Shown here in pieces: positions 59,209 to 64,000 of a stretch of DNA of 64,000 nucleotides. A program made the position numbers and the translations under genes. The notes under the pieces were generated by a model. It saw nothing but the letters and a program-made list of their open reading frames with translations, did no database searches and was not told the origin of the DNA. Where the stretch lies: the NCBI GenBank assembly GCA_964497185.1, contig CAZCBX010000001.1, forward strand, positions 5,333 to 69,332, in the 5' to 3' direction. The DNA is from an uncultured Bdellovibrionales bacterium. Its GTDB lineage: Bacteria; Bdellovibrionota_G; JALEGL01; JAGRMV01. Every line of letters begins with the position of its first letter. The first letter of the stretch is position 1.

Positions 59209-60414
59209 ATGAAAAACAACAATCCAAACCTAATTCCTCGCTGCACGATAACGTATGTTCTACTGACAAATATAGATTTTTTGATCATATTGCCTCTCAT
59301 TCCAGTGCTCGTAGGGGCTGAACATGGAAATGTAGCCACGAAAGTTGCATCAATTTTGTCGATGCGCATCTTTTTTTCAATGGGGTCTTCACTTTTTTCG
59401 TCGATCCTATTCAAAAAAACAAGCTATGGGACACTCCTTGCTATTGCGGCTATTTCTCGAGCCATTGCGTTTTTCATGCTGTTTCGATTCGATCTAACCA
59501 GTTTGTACTTATTTGCAGGCATTGCTGGTTCTGCCACAGGTCTTATTCGCCCAAGTGTTCGGGCTCTTTTGGCAGACACAACATCAGGAACGACAAAAAC
59601 ACTGTATTTTCAGTTTCTTTTCATTGCTATGAACGCTGCATTTGTCATTGGCCCTACAATATCTCGTTGGATCATGAAAAAAGACATCCTTGCAACAATA
59701 ATTGCTTACTTGATCACCATCGAGATCGCGCTTGCTCTAATGATGATCATGGTTGGTCGCCATGTAAAACCTCAGCATAATGAAACCAGCCAAGACAAAC
59801 CTTCGCTCCTGTCTATTGAAAGATACAGGCATTTTTTTTCTCCATTGCTCCAAATAGCTCTTTTCTATGAATTTCTTGCCTTTTTTGGCATTGGTTTCAT
59901 GATCGCTTGTTTTGTTTTATATAATAAAATCATTCCTGAACTTGGTGATTTTCGGCATTTTCTCCTAAGTTTTGAAGGATTTGCCATGATTGTAATGCAG
60001 TTGGTACTGCTACCCTTATTTACAAAGTTACGGGGAACAATTAAAATGCTACTTGTCAGCATATGTTTTGGAACAGGTGTGTACCTTGCATTTACACCTC
60101 CGTTATGGGTCGTTATTGTTGGATTAGTTGTTTTTGCTCTGGCAGAGTCTATTCTCTTGCCGCATATACAATTACTCATGTCAAAGGCATCAACCTCAGC
60201 CAACAGAAGACAAATCTATGCACTTGCAACATGCATCGCTGCATTGGGTGAAATTTGTGGTAACTTTTGCGCTGGCTTTATAATTGATGCACCATACTTT
60301 TCTCACCAACCCGCTACCAATGGACAAATTGTTGGGGTGCTGTTTCTTTTTGCCTTTGTTGCTTTGACCTTACATTATAGGCAACAAGAAAATATCATGA
60401 ATGATTCCATATAG
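59209..60414 (+). CDS. MFS transporter (probable product exporter)
   Basis: 401 aa, 12 predicted TM helices; start codon abuts the upstream gene's stop. Confidence 0.72.
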   Translation: MKNNNPNLIPRCTITYVLLTNIDFLIILPLIPVLVGAEHGNVATKVASILSMRIFFSMGSSLFSSILFKKTSYGTLLAIAAISRAIAFFMLFRFDLTSLYLFAGIAGSATGLIRPSVRALLADTTSGTTKTLYFQFLFIAMNAAFVIGPTISRWIMKKDILATIIAYLITIEIALALMMIMVGRHVKPQHNETSQDKPSLLSIERYRHFFSPLLQIALFYEFLAFFGIGFMIACFVLYNKIIPELGDFRHFLLSFEGFAMIVMQLVLLPLFTKLRGTIKMLLVSICFGTGVYLAFTPPLWVVIVGLVVFALAESILLPHIQLLMSKASTSANRRQIYALATCIAALGEICGNFCAGFIIDAPYFSHQPATNGQIVGVLFLFAFVALTLHYRQQENIMNDSI

Positions 60415-60782
60415 TGAAAACAGGAGTATTTGATAGAATTATCTTTGGATAACTGATTACTGACTCGAAATGAAATGAACACTAGGTTGCATTCTTTTTA
60501 GTACAATAGAAAAAGTCACCAGAAAGAGCATCATGTTATCGCATTTATAGACTCTGAATTTATTCCATATACTGCCCCAGGCTCGTAGATCGCCCCAGAT
60601 TTATTGAACGAGTAAAATAATTTAACCAACAAGACTTCTACTTCGAGAATCACAGGCTTGTAGTGTGTCTTCTATTTTTTTGGGCAGCTCGGTAAGCTGG
60701 TGTCCATGAATGCCATCGACCAAGGCATGGTGGGCAGACACGTTAAAGAAAAAAGAAAATCTATTTGGGCTGCGTTGGTATC

Positions 60783-61079
60783 TTGGCCAAGACCCAAGAT
60801 GTTGCATTCAAGACGGCCAAACATCGGGTGGCGGCCAAAGGCGCCATTGATCTCAAAGAACAAACCTACCAAAATTTTGAAATTGGATTTTTGGATGCCC
60901 AAGGCTGTGCCAAGCTGGTGCAAACCATCGAAGGCCCGCTGACCCAACCCTCGTTTCGCATCACGCGATCATTGATCAAAACCATCACCGCTCCGGTGAC
61001 CAACATGTCCGACCGCGTAGAAAACTTGCTGACCGGGGGCTGTGACGTTTTTTATCAGGGCACCGTTTCGCACCCCTAA
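60783..61079 (+). repeat. Direct repeat B: orphan AsmA 3' fragment (right island junction)
   Basis: Encodes ...LAKTQDVAFKTAKHRVAAKGAIDL...CDVFYQGTVSHP, near-identical to the C-terminus of the full AsmA gene but with no upstream coding context. Confidence 0.8.
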
Positions 61080-61133
61080 GGCCTATTGGCCACATCCATG
61101 CGCCCCATCAAAAGGCCCAGTCCCAAACGTGAG

Positions 61134-62690
61134 TTATAGCGGAATGTTGCCGTGTTTTTTGGGTGGGTTTTGATCGCGTTTGTTGGCCAGTAGGTCTAAC
61201 GCGGCGTTGATTTTTTTTCGGGTTTGGGCGGGTTCGATCACTTCATCAATGTAGCCCAGTTCGGCGGCTCGGTAAGGTGTGGCAAAGGTTTCTTTGTAAT
61301 GGTCGATGAGCTCTTTGCGTTTGGCTTCAACGTCTTTGGCTTGCTTAAGCTCATTGCGGAAGATGATGTTGACCGCGCCTTCTGCGCCCATTACGGCGAT
61401 TTCAGCGGTGGGGTAGGCAAAGTTCATGTCGCCACGCAAATGTTTGGAGCTCATCACGTCATACGCGCCACCATAAGCTTTGCGGGTGATGATGGTGATT
61501 TTGGGTACCGTGGCTTCTGCATAAGCAAAAAGCAACTTGGCGCCATGGCGAATGATGCCCCCAAATTCTTGCTGGGTGCCGGGTAAAAAGCCGGGCACAT
61601 CAACAAACGTCACCAAAGGAATATGAAAGCAGTCGCAAAAGCGGATAAAACGTGCGGCCTTGACCGATGCGTCAATGTCCAAACAGCCAGCCAACACGGC
61701 AGGTTGATTGGCCACAATGCCGACACTGCGTCCATTCATTCTGGCAAAGCCCACAATCATGTTTTGCGCATATTGCGCCTGGACTTCAAAAAAATCTTGG
61801 CTGTCCACCACTTTGCCGATGACGTCGCGAATGTCGTACGGCTGTGAGGATGAGGTGGGTACGATGCTGTTAAGACTGGAGTCGGCCCGATCCCATGGGT
61901 CTTGGGTTTCAACCACAGGCGGTTTTTCCATGTTGTTAAGTGGAAGATACGATAAAAGTTTGCGAACGGCCCGCAAACAGTCTTCGTCCGAGTCAAAAGC
62001 AAAGTGGGCCACGCCCGATTTTTGGTTGTGGGTGGCGCTGCCGCCCAGCTCTTCTTTGGTGATGTCTTCATGGGTGACGGTTTTGATGACATCTGGCCCT
62101 GTAATAAAAAGGTAGCTGCTTTGTTTTACCATGAGGATAAAATCGGTGATGGCCGGTGAATACACAGCCCCGCCCGCACAAGGGCCCATGATGGCGGAAA
62201 TTTGAGGAATCACGCCCGAGGCAAGCGTGTTGCGTAAAAAGATATCGGCGTATCCGCCCAAACTCGCCACGCCTTCTTGAATGCGCGCACCACCCGAGTC
62301 GTTTAATCCAATGACCGGGCAGCCAACTTTCATGGCCATATCCATGATTTTGCAAATTTTCTGCGCATTGGATTTGGAAAGCGACCCGCCAAATACGGTA
62401 AAGTCTTGCGCAAAAACAAACACTTTTCGGCCTTCTACCCGGCCATGACCTGCCACCACGCCATCGCCGGGGTAATGCTGCTTGTCCATGCCAAAGTCAC
62501 GACACTGATGACGAACCAACGCATCGACCTCATGAAAGCTACCGTCGTCGAGAAAAAAATCGATGCGCTGGCGAGCCGTCAGTTTGCCAGCATCATGTTG
62601 CTTGGCAATGCGTTTTTCACCACCACCTGCGGAAGCCTGGGCCAATTTTTCTTGAAGAATTTTAAGCTGAGTCTGCGCTGTTGTTTCCAT
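61134..62690 (-). CDS. pccB: Propionyl-CoA / methylmalonyl-CoA carboxyltransferase beta subunit
   Basis: 518 aa carboxyltransferase; N- and C-terminal crotonase-like CT domains. Confidence 0.9.
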   Translation of the reverse strand: METTAQTQLKILQEKLAQASAGGGEKRIAKQHDAGKLTARQRIDFFLDDGSFHEVDALVRHQCRDFGMDKQHYPGDGVVAGHGRVEGRKVFVFAQDFTVFGGSLSKSNAQKICKIMDMAMKVGCPVIGLNDSGGARIQEGVASLGGYADIFLRNTLASGVIPQISAIMGPCAGGAVYSPAITDFILMVKQSSYLFITGPDVIKTVTHEDITKEELGGSATHNQKSGVAHFAFDSDEDCLRAVRKLLSYLPLNNMEKPPVVETQDPWDRADSSLNSIVPTSSSQPYDIRDVIGKVVDSQDFFEVQAQYAQNMIVGFARMNGRSVGIVANQPAVLAGCLDIDASVKAARFIRFCDCFHIPLVTFVDVPGFLPGTQQEFGGIIRHGAKLLFAYAEATVPKITIITRKAYGGAYDVMSSKHLRGDMNFAYPTAEIAVMGAEGAVNIIFRNELKQAKDVEAKRKELIDHYKETFATPYRAAELGYIDEVIEPAQTRKKINAALDLLANKRDQNPPKKHGNIPL

Positions 62691-62904
62691 GGTACCGTCT
62701 TAAACGCCTTTGGCCCAAAAGTCGAGAAGAACAAGGCAGTGCCGTTTTTTGAGCGCACCATCAAAATAACGAGCAATTTCCATTTTTACCACGCTTCGGC
62801 TGTACGTTTCACGCTACTTTCATCAAACGCTTGATCTTTGGCATTTCCAGCTGATTTGTTGGAAAAAACTTTCAAAAAGTACATTCCTACCCGGTGATTC
62901 GGTT

Positions 62905-64000
62905 TTAAAAACGCACGTTTGTGCTTAAATAGACCTCGTGTAAATTGACGGTTTGGTCCAAGTTGACCGCATCGACTTGCTTGTAGTACGCATACATCAA
63001 GTACCAAGCAATTTTGAGCGAAGGCTGATAAATCAAATTCACGCGGCCTACGCCTTCTTGGTCACGCTGAACACGGTCGGTGGGGGCAAAGTCTTCAAAC
63101 ACTTCCCGTTCGTTGGCCGACAGCGTACCACCCAGCTCCATGCGCAGCTGAGAGGCAATGACATCAAAGCCCAAAAGCAGATCAAAGTTGGTATGAAAAC
63201 TGCGGAAATTGTCGATGATGGTGGTTTTAATCGTCATGTCCACTTCGCTGTTGCCAATCTCGGGGTCGCGGTAGCCGATAACGTAATCTTTGCGCGTGCG
63301 CTGATCAAACTCTCGGTAGGTATGAGAAAAGCGCGTGAAAAAATAATTTTTCTTCAGCTTAAATTTCGTGTGGTTGGAAATGCGGCGATAGTAAGTGTTC
63401 TGCACTTCATCGCCCAAATCAAAATTGGGATTGATGTCGGTGGGCACCGAGATGCCCGAGGCATCGGAAGCGGCAAAAAAAATGGATTGATAGCGATAGT
63501 ACGATAAATCATTGGTGATTTTGGGGCTCAGCTGCGTTTGCACAAAAAGTTGCAGCTGTTGTAAACCAGGGTCGCCCGCAACGCCGGCATCCACCAATCC
63601 TGAAAACCGCCAACGATCGTTGAGCCGGTAAAGCGCTTGGGTAAACACATTGATGCGATCAATTTCCATTTCAAATAAGAGACTGTTGACCGCAACATTG
63701 AATTGCAGTCGCTCATTGCGCCAGGAGGCAAAAGCACCGCCGGTTTGAAAGTCTGGATTGATGAATTCCTCGCGAAAGTTGGGTCCAATGTAACCGGTAA
63801 ATTGTCTCGGGTCGACGCCCAAGCCCGCGTACAAACCAATCTCCAAAGGGTCTTTGGGAGAAATCACAGCGGTTAAGCCATCCACACCAATGCCGCCAGT
63901 CTGCCAATTCGATTTACGACCGACAAACAAAGACGTGTTTTTAAAAAGTTTGGCCCATTCGATGTTGAGCTCGTCAAACTGATAGCGATAGCGTTCGTTG
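62905..64000 (-). CDS. Outer-membrane beta-barrel protein (5' end beyond the window)
   Basis: Alternating beta-strand pattern; C-terminal Phe (NVRF); reading frame stays open to the window edge with no start or signal peptide, so N-terminally partial. Confidence 0.55.
   Translation of the reverse strand, partial: NERYRYQFDELNIEWAKLFKNTSLFVGRKSNWQTGGIGVDGLTAVISPKDPLEIGLYAGLGVDPRQFTGYIGPNFREEFINPDFQTGGAFASWRNERLQFNVAVNSLLFEMEIDRINVFTQALYRLNDRWRFSGLVDAGVAGDPGLQQLQLFVQTQLSPKITNDLSYYRYQSIFFAASDASGISVPTDINPNFDLGDEVQNTYYRRISNHTKFKLKKNYFFTRFSHTYREFDQRTRKDYVIGYRDPEIGNSEVDMTIKTTIIDNFRSFHTNFDLLLGFDVIASQLRMELGGTLSANEREVFEDFAPTDRVQRDQEGVGRVNLIYQPSLKIAWYLMYAYYKQVDAVNLDQTVNLHEVYLSTNVRF

Noticed and set aside
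63931-64000. TTG start called at 63930 for the outer-membrane protein ORF
   Set aside because: The frame remains open with no stop up to the window edge and no signal peptide follows the TTG. The gene is treated as 5'-truncated by the window.

Overview
This window is the chromosomal replication-origin region of a Gram-negative bacterium, with a ~16.5 kb lower-G+C accessory island inserted at 44.3-61.1 kb; no rRNA/tRNA genes, CRISPR array, transposase or integrase was recognised by eye. The core genome here is roughly 50% G+C by eye. The b/b' ATP synthase, bactofilin and sigma-54 systems hint at a delta-proteobacterium-like or Bdellovibrio-like lineage, but this is a low-confidence guess. The core carries recF-dnaN-dnaA on the minus strand, a candidate oriC with perfect DnaA boxes, and rpmH-rnpA-yidD-yidC-jag-mnmE. 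Four parS centromere sites surround an inserted hexapeptide-repeat gene, followed by mnmG-parA-parB with no rsmG. Downstream lie VWA and GLUG lipoproteins, a bactofilin, the split ATP synthase operon atpF'-F-H-A-G-D-C, and genes for heat shock, efflux, cell wall (SpoIID-like, PBP1A), PilZ, a degenerate MoaA-like protein, TatA/TatC and a methylmalonyl-CoA mutase / acyl-CoA carboxylase cluster. The island is bracketed by ~300 bp direct repeats of the 3' end of an AsmA-like gene. It encodes what looks like a self-contained, undescribed small-molecule signalling system. The biosynthetic operon is sigma-54 driven and encodes a CqsA/LqsA/BioF-family alpha-oxoamine synthase, an Fe/2OG dioxygenase, an O-methyltransferase, two ATP-grasp ligases, a PaaK-like adenylating enzyme and an MFS exporter. 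The divergent operon encodes a family-5 periplasmic binding protein, a hybrid histidine kinase, an ATP-grasp fusion and a membrane protein. A single-domain receiver, a 65-aa standalone H-box (DHp-like) protein and an NtrC/LuxO-like sigma-54 activator complete it. The overall architecture parallels the Vibrio LuxPQ/CqsAS-LuxU-LuxO circuit.
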